Positions 13,595-27,936 of a stretch of 64,000 bases of DNA are shown here, piece after piece; position 1 is the stretch's first letter, and every line of letters starts with the position of its first letter. The translations under genes and the position numbers were made by a program. The stretch covers positions 53,506,001 to 53,570,000 of the forward strand of contig JBITNC010000001.1 of NCBI GenBank assembly GCA_050084985.1, in the 5' to 3' direction. This DNA is from Nageia nagi. Lineage: Eukaryota > Plantae > Pinophyta. A model generated the notes under the pieces. It saw nothing but the letters and a program-made list of their open reading frames with translations. It was not told the origin of the DNA and made no database searches.

Positions 13595-14250
13595 AAGGGG
13601 GAGTGTTAGAATTTGTAATGTATTATTGTGTAAATAACTTAGGTGTATTGTTCCTAATTACTTAAAACTAAAGGAACATATACAATACCTAAGCTAGAAA
13701 GAAAATATTTTGTAATATGAAATAATCCATTTATTATGTGGATTATTCATGTATGCAAATGTGGAGCTCTATCTATTTTATATTAGGGATATATCCACAT
13801 ATGCATGTTGTCCCACATACTTAAAAGAGAAGTATGGGCATATGTAATAGGTATGGGTGAAAAGCCTTCCAACCACCATTGTCACCTAATGAGAGGATAT
13901 GGATATCCTATATATGATGGTATTCCCCTAGTGTAAAATGGTGTACCAAAGTAGGGTTTGAGCCTATAAAAGGAAGGTGAGGTTTTTTTGTAAATTATTT
14001 ACTTTTGTAGAAGCATTGTTATTTTATTAGTTTAGAGATCTATGGATATAATATTTGTAAGAGAGAATTTTTCTTGAGAACTTGAGAAGTAAAATACTTA
14101 GATTAAAGTGGATGTAATCTCTTAGAGAGGAACCACTATATTTCTTGCATGTTAATTTATGAGAGATTGTTATCTTTGAGAGAGATTAGAGTGTTGTTTT
14201 GTTGGAGTTGGTAAAAGTGATCTTGGTTGTGAAATTCTTTAATTCCTTCA
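13595..14250 (+). mobile_element. PPT and 3' LTR of a Ty1/copia-type element (the host of element 2963-13489)
   Basis: AAGGGGGAG (13595-13603) directly followed by TGTTAG at 13604; CCTATAAAA TATA at ~13963; GTGGATGTA..GAACCAC motif at ~14108; ends TTCCTTCA at 14250. Confidence 0.7.
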
Positions 14251-14510
14251 TATCCAACCTTAATATTTCCCTCCCCATCATATTAAACATAATGCTTCTC
14301 TAATGGTGACCAACATCATTTAATTTTTGTTTCTTCAAATATTGTAAATAAACAAAGTTCAAATACCCAAGGTTTTAATCGAACACTCATCCAATAAAAT
14401 GATAAAGTCAAAAGCTTAACTATTTGAGTGATAAAAATATAATTTTCATATATATATATATATATATGATAAAGTCAAAAGCTTAACTATTTGAGTGATA
14501 AAAATATAAT

Positions 14511-14562
<52 letters not shown>

Positions 14563-17500
14563 TAAAATGCTTAAAAAGAGAAGATAAAGAAAGAGGGTCA
14601 TGACATACTCTACCACTCATATACAACATAGTTCTATATGTTTAGCCTAAGGAAGGAGGTAGGTAAACTAGTCTCCTTCTATGCATAAATTCATTCATGC
14701 ATATACCAATCAAATTTTCTTTCAAAAATTCAATATGAACTCAAGGATAATGTAGGTATCTCAGTTATCAAATATATATATATTATTATATATATATATA
14801 TATATGCTCAAACACTTAAAAAGAGAAGGTAAAGAAAGGGGGTCATGAGAGGATCATGACATACTCTACCACTTAGATTAAACATAGTCCTTTGTGTTTA
14901 GCCCAAGGAAGGAGGTAGCTAAACTATTCTCCTTCTATGCATAAATTCATTCATGCATATACTAATCAAATTTTCCTTCAAAAATTCAATATGAACTCAA
15001 GGAAAATGTAGGTATCTCAATTTGTATCCCTTGTACAAACTCATGTGTTGTATCCACACATATCTACTATATCAACATCATACTCTTTCAATGGTGTTCA
15101 CATAATCAAACCCCAAAACTTTGTTCCTTCATGAGTTTTGTAGGGATGGCTACAATCTCCATGATGTGATGTTGATAATCTTATGAGATTTGAGGGCATT
15201 TTAAAGTACAACTATACACAACTCTCCCATAAGTACTAAATGCATCCTATGGAAACATCTTTCACATGCATGGATTATCCATCCATACTTGCATGCATCT
15301 TATTGTGCCATGCTATGGTAAATTTGTGAGTTATTGTATATCATTTACCATATTCTTTTTTCCTTGAATAATGCAAATGATCATGAAATATTTCCATTCG
15401 TCCATGGATTCATGTATAAGACTCTAAATTTTTCTCAATGTTAGATTCCTAGACCTAAATTACTTAGTCTAGTTCAACTTTCTAAATATCAATCTTATTC
15501 AAGATTGAGAAAAATTCAATAATTCAAATGTACCTCTCTTGTACTCTTGATATGTCTAACACCATTTCATGCATAATACCTGCCTCAAATATGCCATTTC
15601 TAGAATACATAATTTTGTAACATCCAATATGGTCAACTAACATGTAAGATATGTATAGTAATGTTCCACTTTCAATCCATTTATCTGATCTCAAAATGGA
15701 TAACCACAAGTTACCATCTAACCATTATATAATTAAATAGTATTGGGAAAACTAATTATGATAAATCATTTGTATAACAAATTTGCCTAATAAAAAATAG
15801 AAATTATGTGGGTATCTACTTATCATGGTGTTTATACCTATATGTATTATCAAGCATACCTAAACCTATCACAATCTTTGCAAAAGATAGTTAGGCCATA
15901 GGTCCTAACATTTGAACATGGGCTCCAATACTAGATGTGAAGACTACCAAAAATGGAATATAAAAAGTTTTCCTTACATGCATAAAAACAAGAATACTTT
16001 CAAAGAAATTGTAAACAATCACATAAGCTGGTGCATCTAATGATATTTCATTCCAAGAGACACATAAAAATTATTCATCCAATCTTTGAGTGTAATGTGC
16101 CAATGGTGTTAAGAAGCTAAAGCTTATGAAGATGACATCTAGGCTCATGCAACTTGTTCCTATATACCAAAACAAGTTGCCAAATCAAAGATATCAAGAC
16201 CTATATTTGATTAACCACACACTTTAATTATAGAAATAGTATTATATAAAAATGTATGGTTAAATAACACCCTCAATAGTATAATTTTCCCTTCATGGGA
16301 TGGAACTCAATGACTCTATCAAGCCCATTATAGTTTTAGCAATCACAAGGATCTAATAAGGTACTAATGCCAATCCATTCTTAAGATATTTACCTTGACA
16401 ACCATGCTTTGCATTACTATCTAATCATTCATGATGTACTTTCTTAATAACTCAATTAGATCCTAACTTGTATTGATAATATAGCTCAAATCTTAACCAA
16501 CATAGCCTTGGGAGTTCTAGACATAAGTACTTGAAATCCTTTGAACAAGTGAGCCATCAAAGTTTACTCAATTATTTTTCCACTAGAATGTTTATTAAAC
16601 TTTATATATAGTTTCTCAACTATAAAAATTTAATATTCACAACAATATGTTCTAGCTTCTCAATGGATCACTATATTTTTAGCTAAGCCATGAGTTTGTT
16701 TCAATATGCAAACTAGTCTTTAAGTCTCTCTTTTAGAATCCAAAAAGAAGGTCACAAAAATGTCTCTTAAAAAGTAATATTTAATTACTTTTTAACATAA
16801 TACAAAAGGTTCTCATACCATAAAACATATATATCATTCTCAACTATGAACCAATGAAACATGCAAAGTCATAGCTAGACTACTATCAATAGTTTCAACA
16901 ATTTACATAGTTTAGTACTCATTCCAAAATATTCTACTTCTAAAAGTCTCAAACAAACCATGCATTCCAACAAAAGGTGCAATATAGTCCCTTCGAAAAT
17001 CCTTTAGCTCAAATTTCAATTCCATACATTAGTACTAATAAGTAATTAAAGATTACTTTTTAACGAGTAACATACTATTGGTAAAGAACAACTTATGCTG
17101 CTGTCAACATTTCCTATAGCCAAAAAAACTAGATACCAATTATTTTTTACAAGGTTTCCTTTAGTGGCCCATACAAACCACCTATCCTATCAGAGATCAA
17201 TATTTCAATCTGAAATAAATTATGATCATATATGACATCCCAGTTCTTGTGATTTTGAAAAGGAGTTCACAATGTAGCTTCTTAAAAAGAAATCTTTAAT
17301 TACTTTTTAAGACTATGCTTTACACCCTTCCTAGAACTCATATTGCTAAGGTCCAAACATACCAGATAATACAATAAGAGCAACCCATTATTGCTCATAG
17401 CATTCAAAAGGTGTAAAAATAGCAAGCATCTAATTATGCATTGAAATGACTATATACAACTATGGACTTAATGTGAACCCATGAAAATGGAGATGAATAA

Positions 17501-20500
17501 TCCCTTGACCTTCCAACTACTCCATACTAGTGAATAACTAAATAAAAAAACCAACTAAATAGAAAAACTAAAACATAAACCTTAAAAAGCAAAATTTGTG
17601 TATGCTGGATAAATAAAATAATCATCTTGTAAAGCATGTAAATTTTGATTTACAGGTCTTTTTAACTTGATTTTTAAATTGTTGGAAATCTTATGAATAG
17701 TACTATCTACCCTCCAAATTTTATCTCATTTGGTCATGTTTAATACCTTTATCTAGAGACTATCCCACTATCTATCAAAATTGGTAAAATATTATTTTCT
17801 CCATTTATGCTCTTTTTGGGTGTCTTCAACATCATATTTTAATTCAACTTATCAATATAGTAACTATAGTTCGATAATGTTAGTAACATTCAACAACCAT
17901 AACCAAAGTAATAGCACATTTACTCTAGTTAGTATAGTAAAATACCTATTGTTTCACTTCATGCTAGAATCTCCTTCAAATATCAAACCAATATGTCCTC
18001 CTCAAATAAGCAAACTAGCAATATAATAGGAACAACCCATGATCACATATAATATCCAAACTATTTGATAGTAGCAAAAAGACAAGTAATGCATAAATGG
18101 TCATAATGACCATTGCAATATTATAAAAACATCTTACACTAAGGCATCTCAACAATCATCCCCTATGCTAAGGAAGCATTTAGCATAAATGAGAAATATG
18201 GAAACCAACATCATTCCTTACATTACTTTATAATGGTAATGATAACATCAACATATGTACATCAAAAAAACACAATAAGGTTCCAAACTAACTCAATAAC
18301 ATATATGAAGGAAAGGATCCATTTTCTAGTATTCATTTTCAATCCTTCATACAATAATCAAAGAGTATACAAATAATAATATATTCACAAATGAAGGCCT
18401 TATAACAGGGTATAACTCAAAACATCCCTTTATCCATTATTGTAAAATAGAATCTTCATACAAACATAATAAGGTAAACAATAAGGAAAACATTCCCATC
18501 AAATCCATATGGTTGTGATAACTAGAGGACACATATTTATTTTATAAGGGATCCAACAATGGATCATTATGACAAGTACAAATAACTCAACCAATCATAG
18601 AAATAAAATAATTGTATCCATTGATATTTGAAAAGGATCCACACAACAAACAACAAATAAAACTTGATATGATTTACTCCCTAGCCAGCCCAATCTTTGA
18701 AAAATAATATAAATTAGTGTGAGATTTACAATCTCAGTGAGTTCCAAATTAGACCAACAATACTAATATAATGTCCAAGAAGAGTTGGGCTGCCACTTGC
18801 AACCATGTTAGTACCCTTGTAAAGGCATGCATACAAGGGGGAATAATAAATTGATAATATGCCCAATGAAATATTATAAAAAACCCAATTGTTCAATAGT
18901 AATGAAATGATAGTAAAAATATGATGCAATAAACTATGACCCTCGTAATAATAGCATATGCAAACATGATCCAAGAAAGAGCATGACAACATTAATATCC
19001 AAATAAGTATGTGAAATGAGCAACTTATAACACTACTTCAATCACTGCTATGCATTTGTAAAAAGGACAAGATGATAATAGAAAAATATTGATGTAACTA
19101 TGAATTTATTTCATTCATGTACATGTTTATTCATATAATAAGTACATATTTATTCTTATTTTTGGATATTTTTTGCATCAAACCTATAGTTCTTCGTATT
19201 CATTTTCAAAGTTTCAAATTTATTAGCTAGGGACATGATTTCAAATCATGTCATGACCATCATGCTTATAAATTACCACTACACGCTATCAAGCCTACAC
19301 CCAAATGAAGTCCCTTAAGATTCCACATCAAAATATAAGTAAATGACACCCCCCTCATATAATACACAAATCCATAAATGAAGGTCAACCCTCATAGGAT
19401 ATACATTAATCATGGTTCAACATTTGAAACACACAAGCAGGAGTCAAACCCTCATGTGATACATACAAACATTCTTTTAGCATTTTTCCTTAAAATTATC
19501 CAAATTATAAAATAACAACATAATGATTGAACTAAACACAAAATCATGATACCAAAATATTCCTTATTTTTGATTATGCCTATGTTATGCAAGAACAACA
19601 AAATGATAAACTCGTATGATGCCAATAATGCCCAACATTCTCATACAAAATGATTACCCAAAATAAAATTCTTTTTAACTCAAATGCCATGATTTCCAGG
19701 TAAAGTGGTATCTATTTCATATTCAAAATGGTGACAAAGAGCTCAGATTCAAAAACTTAACTCAATTGCTACCCATCTCAGTGATTTCCATGAAGTTATC
19801 CTTGGGTTCAGTCTAGTAAGCTATAGCAACTCAAGCTCCTCCCACATTCATGTTTTGAACAAAAACTCTCCATGAATGAGGTTTGAAATTGATTTAACAT
19901 TCCTTGTCTGAGATTGGAATGAATGAAGTGAGGGTTTTTACTATTGGAAAGTCCCCTTGATACCCAAATGCTTGGTAACTTCAAGTTGCTTCATTCACCC
20001 AATTGCCAATGCATCTTTCCCATTAACAAAATGAAATGATTTTTCCAAAACACCCAGATAAGGGAAGTTACAATGAGGAGGAGGGGAAAAACTTCCCATA
20101 AGTTGCAAACCTAATGGTAGTGTTCTCAGCATAGTTTCTCCTCATATCTACTTGCTTCGAAATGAAATGAATTAAGGTTTCATGGGTGAGGGCCATTTTG
20201 TTTGAAGCCCTAAGTTTCCAAAACAAAATGCTAGATATATAAAATCCAAAGTTGAGGCAAGTTGCTTCCTTAGTAAAAATAAAATTCTTTCTATGTTTTG
20301 CAACATAATCCCTTTTAATTGAAAATACTTTCTAATGTTTCTTAAATATATGTTGCCACAAAAGGATTTCTTAACATAAATGCTTACCATAGTATTTAAT
20401 ACAATTTGCTTCCAATGGCAGATCCAACCTTAATGTTTCCCTCCCCATGGTATTAAACACAATGCTTCCCTAATGGTTGTTTCTCCAAATGTTTTAAATT

Positions 20501-20550
20501 AGCAAAGTTCAAATACTCAAGGTTTTAATCGAACACTCATCCAACAAAAT
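14251..20550 (-). mobile_element. Highly degraded Ty3/gypsy element; left LTR truncated by the copia insertion
   Basis: 14251-14400 is a direct repeat of 20421-20550; weak integrase-like remnants on minus (DHIGCYK at ~15620; HPYKTHEGT resembling HPQTDGQT at ~15125-15150); possible PBS TGGTATCA at ~19547-19554. Confidence 0.45.
14401..15019. repeat. (AT)n microsatellites with adjacent local tandem duplications
   Basis: 47-bp perfect duplicate 14401-14447/14468-14514; (AT)10 at 14448-14467 and (AT)23 at 14515-14560; ~200-bp duplicate 14570-14763/14815-15019. Confidence 0.9.
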
Positions 20551-20740
20551 TTTGAAATATAGAACTATTTAAAGTACTTTAAAACTTAGAGAGTTGATCT
20601 TTTTATGTATATTTGATTTGAGAATTAATTAATTAGAACATAAAGTTTATTTTAAATTATTATGCTTGTATATTTATAAATAAAATTATAATTAAAAATA
20701 TTTTAAAAAAAAGAGAGAAATGTAATTAAATGATACAATA

Positions 20741-23700
20741 TGTTCATATAAATATGAATTATACATAGTTTTTTACTTAAACTTGGCTATAATATGGCCC
20801 CAACAACATTTATATAGTACAGCTATCATTTTAATTATTTTGGCTATTATCTCTTTATCATGAGATGAAGGATTGTAAAGTATCATATCATAAGTCTTGT
20901 ATGGTGAAATGCTTAAGAATTTTGAGTAGGGGAGGTAACATTGTATTCCATGTATCTATCTATCTTCCTTTTCTCTCAAAAATTCCTATTTCATAATTTT
21001 GTAATGATTGGGATACCTCATTTTAAGTTAAGGCTTTGATTAGGTCATACAAAGACCCTATGTGCATTTCTTAGCTAAGAGAAGATAATACCAACACTTA
21101 GAAAACCTAAAGTATTATTTTTCCCAACTCCTCGCAACCTATTGGCCTAAACTCATAAGCATATATTCTTTATCCGAGACCCAAACATTTGAAAGGGAAG
21201 CATTAGTCTCATCAACCCCAACACCTAACATGATTTTATATACAAATAAGAGGCAACAAATTCTTGACAAATAGTTTTCAAGCACTTGTAAATAGTCTAC
21301 TATGATCTCTGACATGTAAATTTCACATGTACAAATCCACCATTATGTATGCACCCAGGCTTTGTAAAATCTTATACCCTGATATTTTGTAAATATCATC
21401 ATAAAATTTTACAAATCCCAAGGGATAAAATGATCAAGTCTTCATTATCCATCCCTTGATTTTTTTCAATGATGATGTCAGCTCAAGCCTTGAAAAACCC
21501 TAGGGATGAGATACATTATCTCAAGAGAACTTTCATACCCCAAAGATATTTAAGCTTGTGCTTATGTGTCAACATCAGCATATTCCACATGGCATTATGT
21601 TATCATTGATAACTAAAGGATTTTGGTACTAGATTACATTAATGCTTCAGTACACTAAAAGTGCTTAAGAAGCAATGATTTTTAATATAAACTATGGACA
21701 TTGATAGCTTGCTAAAAGATCAAACATTTAATGTTGAGTATTGTAGACCATTCTTGAAAATAGTTTAGTGTGTTTATCTAGCGAAAGAACTATTTTACCT
21801 ACCATATCAATATTGTAGAATTTGTCAAAGGATTTGATATTATATAAATTTTGTACTTTTACTTAGGAATTAAATATTTGAAAAAAAATATAGTGTAGTC
21901 CTAAGAATAAATCTCTGAAGATAGTATGGCCATGATTTCTAGATTTATTTTCTTTATGAATAACTTAGATAGGTAAGAGTCTTAGTCATTTATTTTGCAA
22001 ACCTACTCATGTATTATAAATACCAATTTCATCAATGTATTCATGGGGTTGGATCATTATAGAGGGGCATTCCTTTTAAGTGTAAATATTTTTCTCATAG
22101 TAATACCAATATGGGTCCTTTTTTCCTTTAGCTTCAACACTTATGCTTTGGTTTTCTTAAATGGTTGCATGTGGTAGAGTCTTATTAATCAAAGGGTTAC
22201 AATTGGGTGTTTGAGGTTATTAAGCCCAATTGGCTAATTGCATGTTGATGTTTGCATGATTCTAAGGCTTTTTATGTTGGGTGTTCCTTCCCCATGGTTT
22301 TGATCTAATCCCTTAGAAGCTTAGGCTAGCCCCATGCTCCATCTTTCCCTCTTCTTTCATGCACCCTATATTTTTTCCCTTTCTTATTTATATTTCTTTC
22401 CTACAACTTTTAACCTTAGATAGATGGCTCATTTTGTTGAATGGAGGGCAATTTCCTAATTAGAGCAAGAGTCAGCTTGTAAAGTGAAGGTTGGATACAA
22501 TCCATCCAATGTTGGTTCAATGGTACTTTCATGATGCACAACTACATCATTGTAATCAATAAATTTGACACACCTTTTGGGACATCTCCCATAACATTTT
22601 TAAGGTAAATATGGTGATTTTTAAATGTATATACATGTACATTTTGTATATTGTTGTAAAAATAATATCATAACAACACATATGTCATATTGAGGAGGTA
22701 CATATGTATATTTAGCTCATCACAAAGGTAAACAAAGGGAAAAGTGTTAGAGAAATATGCACTTTATTCATGTTTCATATTTTATCTCCTTGACTTGAGC
22801 TTCTTGTCAAGTTTTGGTATAGGGAATTCAAATACTTCATTTCCAATTAATCCTACAAATAATAAAAAATATTGTATGATCCATCTCACATTAGCTAGCA
22901 GAATTTTATTGGGCAATTATGTTTATAGTTAGTTTTGTCTATCAATGAAAGTCATTATTGTATAAAACTTATTAAATAGACTGAGTTAATATATATATAG
23001 TCAAAGTTATACTTAGCAGAGTCATTCTATACATAATAGGAGATTTCTTTCATAATTCTTATCAACTAATCATTCTACTAATAAGAAGAATGATTTTGAT
23101 TCATGAAATTATACCACATTATGTCCTAAAAAGATTTATTGAATCAATTAAATTTAACATCCATCAGATGAATGAGTTGTATTTTTTAAGTATTCAGGAA
23201 TATGATTTCACCTATGAATACTAGTCTCTTGTGTATCAAAGCATACATAATGCAAATGAGATATAGGATCAAAGGATTGGTATTTTTAGAAGCTTGTGTG
23301 ATTTTTTCTTAGTGAAAAGATAATGTAAAAAGGGTTCTTATTTTGCACCACACCACCTATGTATATTTGTATATATGTATTTCCTTCACTCATCCTAGAC
23401 CCTGTGTGTCTTCCTCTTTCCACCTTATTTTATTTTCTCCCATCACTTGTTAATGGGGTATTTACTCCAATCATTTCTTTTCCTACCCACTTTCTTCCCC
23501 ATTCCTGACCCCTTATAAACTACACTCACTAAGGACTAATAACACAAGCAACAAAAGTTATTAGGGAGGAAGATGACATCATAAAGGAATAGTAAAACTG
23601 CACTACACATTTTATGACTAGTTGTTTGTGCTTTAATAGGATGAAATGCCTTTTTGTTGGAAAAATATTCATATAAAGATGAACTATACCCAATTTTTAC

Positions 23701-25455
23701 TTAAACTTGATTGCAATATGGGCCAAAAAATATTTTTACAATATGACTATCATTTTAAATATTTTATCTATTATATCCTTATCATGAGATGAAGGATTGT
23801 AAAGTCTTATATCATAAGTCCTATATGGTGACATGCTTAAGTATTTTGAGTAGGATAGGTAACATTGTATTCCATTTACCTATCTATCTTCCTTTCCTCT
23901 TGAAAATGCATGTTTCATAATTTTGCAATGATCATAATATTGCATTTTCAATTGAGGCTTTGATCAAGTCACACAAATAAAATGTGCTTATTTATCAGCT
24001 AAGAGAATATAAGATCAACACTTGAAAAACCTAAAGTATTATTTTTATCATCTCCCAAAAACCATATTGGCCTGAATTCATGAAATAATATTCTTTTTCT
24101 AGGACCCAAATATTTGGAAGGGAAGCATTAGTATCGTCAACCCTGATACCTAGCACCTGATATGATTTTTTGTACAAATAAGAGGCAACAAATCCTTAGA
24201 AGCACATGTAAATATTCTATTGTGTTCTTCAACATGTAAATATCATATGTACAAATCTTCCATTATGTATTCATTCATGCTTTGTAAAATCTTGTACCCA
24301 AATATTTTGTAAACATCATCATAAACTTTCAAGATTCCCTAGGGATAAAATGATAAAGTCTTCATTGTTTGACCCCCAACATTTTTTTATGATGATGTTA
24401 GATCAAGCCTTACAAAACCTTAGGCATGATATACATTATCTAAAGAGAAATTTCATACCCTAAATCTATTTGGGCTTGTGCTTACATTTCAACATCAACA
24501 TATTCCACATGGCATAAGGTTATCATTGATAACCAAAGGATTTTGGCACTGGGTTACATTAATACTTTAGTACATTGAAAGTTCTTAAGAAATAATGATT
24601 TCAACATAATTATGGATGTCAATAGCTTGCTAATAGATCAAACATTTAATTTAGAGTAAGTTAGACCATTTCTGCAGATAGTTCAATCACATATTTTCCC
24701 AACCAAATAACTATTTCACCTACTGGATCAATATTATAGAATGTATCAAAGGATTGAACATTATATCAATATTTTATGTAGGAATTAAATATTTGTAAGG
24801 ATAGATAGCATAGTTATAGGAATAAATATCTGAATATGGTATGGGCATGATTACCAAATTTATTTTCTTTAAGAAGAACTTAGATAGCTAAGAGTCCTAG
24901 TTATTTATTTTGTAGACCTAGTTATGTATTATAATTACCAATTTTATAAATGTATTCATGGGGTTGGATCATTGTAGGTGGGTTACCATTTGAATTATAA
25001 ATATTTTTCCCATATGAATACTAATATGGGCCCTTTTCCCTTTCACTTCAATGATTTTGCTTTGATTGGCTTAAATGGTTGCATGTGGTGGATGTTTCCT
25101 ATTGTTTGAAGGGTTATGATTGATTGTATGTGGCTATTAAGCTCAGTTGGATTGATATAGGTTGATGCTTTGCATGAATTTGAGGCTATTTATACTAGGT
25201 GTTCAAGCCTAGGTTGGCTCCATGCTCCATATTTCCCTTTTCTTTCCTACACCTTATGTTTTTTCTTATTTTTTCATTTCTCTTTCTTTCCTACAAATTT
25301 TAACCTTATATAGATGGCTCATCCTTCCAAGTGGAGGGCACTCCAATTCCTAATTAGAGAAAGAGCTTACTTGTAAACCAAATGTTAGACATAATACATC
25401 CAATGTTGGTTTGGCGATACTCTCACCGTGCACAACAATACCATCACAATCAACA
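20741..25455 (+). mobile_element. Non-autonomous LTR element (LARD-like): 1.8-kb LTRs, 1.1-kb non-coding interior
   Basis: LTRs 20741-22561 and 23666-25455; exact TSD CAATA (20736-20740, 25456-25460); PBS-like TGACACACCTTTTGGGAC at 22566-22583 (13/18 to TGGCACGCCCGGTGGGAC); no retro ORF recognised inside. Confidence 0.88.
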
Positions 25456-27753
25456 CAATATTAAATCCTTCATTGTAAATATGTTGTAGAATATAACACT
25501 TGTTAAAACCTATTGATAATCTTGCTCAAATATTATCTTTAAAATAAATACCTTATACAATATACTTATTAGAAAATGATAAGCTCATGAGATGATTATG
25601 TCTAATATGAAACTTGCATAATGAAAATCAAAACAAAAAATTATATGAAAAAATATTCTATTTATTATGTCTCATCTAAAGCATATTATAATATTTTTTT
25701 ATTATAAATAAAATAATATTTGTTATATTTATTTGAGATATGTGTGTGATCCTTTACGTAGGGATACATGTATCAAAATGATAAATGTAATATGATGATT
25801 TATTACATGATAAAGGTAATATAAGCATGTTTGTTCAAGTAGGGTGAATTGAAAAAGTGGGTATGTTTCATTGTGAAGGCCTGAGTTCAAATCTCAACAT
25901 TCTTCCAAATATTTTATGGAGTTTTAAGCATACATCTCTAAAATTTTAAAAAGGTTTAAAAAAATGATAATGCAAGCATGCAAGATGATAAATCATGACC
26001 TTAATTATGAACTTGTGATAAATAATTATTAATGATGATATTTTAATATGTATTGAATAAGTTTAGGATAAGAAAATGAATAAGTTTAGGATGAGAAAAT
26101 GAAGCTAGAGTATTGAGAAAATCAATGTAGTAGAGATAGCTAAGATAGGTGAAAAAATTATGTTAGGGTTTTGAGCAGGTTGGTTGAGGAAATGGAGATA
26201 ACAAATAGTTCACTACTAACATCTAGTAAGATAAGAACATGGATCTATAGTTTTGATCAAGTCAACATAGTAGAGATAATCAACATGAATATGGATTGAA
26301 GCTAATAGAAAATAAGTTAAAGGAGGTCTAACCAATGGAGATGGTGTGCAAGGTCAAGAGAAGAGAGAATGATATCAAATTTAGAAAGATAACAAAGTAG
26401 GCTAGAGAGAATAATCAACTCAGATATTGGTGATATAGAATAGATTATTGACTATAATAAAAATAATTATGTTTATAGGGACTAATAAGCCATAAATAAT
26501 GAAAATAATAGTGTCAATAAAGAAGCAAGATAATGTGAGAGTGAGATGCATATTTTTTATTTCATATTTGAGGGTTTTAATTTTAGGTTTGATGGTTGTG
26601 TTTGAGCATAGAAGGCCAAATCACCACCTTTAATGTTGAAGGATTGTAGATGCTTTTACAATTATTTTTGAAACTATAATTTTGTATTCAAGGAATGGAA
26701 AATTTTTTAATTAAAATAAATTAAAGTCTAAGAATTATTTTCCTTAAGAGATTATAGCCTTGAATTCATAGAGAATCAATTATAACAATTTCACCTTTTT
26801 TCATGGCAAAAATCTTAATTCTAAGAGTTTCACCTCTATTCATGGAGAAAATCTAAAGATATTTTTTTATAGCTATGCTTATATTATAGCCTATATTTTT
26901 ATATCCCTAAGAGTCTATTGTTAGGAATTGAGCCTAATTTTTTGTTTTAATTATATTTTTCATCTCCCTATTTTATAATTGGTATACATAGGGTAGATCA
27001 TTCAATACTAGTCGACCACCTAGAGAAGTTCACTAATTGATGTGTCAATCAATAGTCAATAACCTAGGGGAAGATTACTAATCAATTAACTAATAAAAAA
27101 TTGGCCTCATGAGGGAATATTATAAAATTCAATCTACATTCTAAGGGAAGATCAGTAGTACTCAGCTGATGGTGGTCGATTATGACTCCAAAGATGGGAA
27201 AGCTCTATTTTGAGATTAGAAACTCACTCTTGGGCTATTTTAAGGCTGTGAAATTAAGTTTACATTGGGAGGAAAATTTTAAAAACATAAATTACTCAAA
27301 TTTATACTAAAAATAAGATTATAATGGATCTCTATAAATATATATATTATCTTATCAAATTGGGTAATGATAATATGAGTGGATGGTAGATTTGCATAGG
27401 TGAGCAATAGGAAGAGGAGGTAAATTCTTATCAGAGAGACTATTGAAGTGAGGATTTCTTATAAGAACTAGAGAGAAATAGTATGGTTATTAGTTGTGTC
27501 TCTTGTTGTCTTTAGATTGATTGAATCAAAGGACTAGATATTCTTAATGGATGTAGCCCACATTGGATGAACTACGTTACATGGTTATCTTTTCTTGTGC
27601 AATCTTATTTTCTTAATTTTTCTTCTAGTTTAAATTAGAGTAATTTATCAATTATATTTTTATATAGTGAATCCTAATAAGTGGTATCAAATTTATTTTA
27701 TTTATTGAATGCACTTGGTAGAAAGGTTGAAGGTTTCTGATCAAGTGGGGGAA

Positions 27754-27936
27754 ATGGAAGAACAAGGTAGGTACAAGGTGAAGAAATTTATAGGTAGAAT
27801 TTTCAATTTTTGGAACATTCAAATGGATGAATACCTATACAAAAAGGATTTTTTCTTACCTCTTAAGGGGAAGGCAAAGAAACCTTCAAGTATGCTAGAT
27901 AAAGATTAGACTTTCCTCGATAGAAAGACATTATGT
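27754..27936 (+). pseudogene. copia gag, piece 1
   Basis: MEEQGRYKVKKFIGRIFNFWNIQMDEYLYKKDFFLPL..LDRKTL, typical of a Tnt1-like gag N-terminus. Confidence 0.85.

Noticed and set aside
25830-25905. tRNA/SINE-like A and B boxes (GAGTTCAAATC)
   Set aside because: No cloverleaf, tail or TSD that I can support.
25456-26913. Purine-rich, coding-looking stretch
   Set aside because: No ORF, terminus or recognisable domain; left unannotated.
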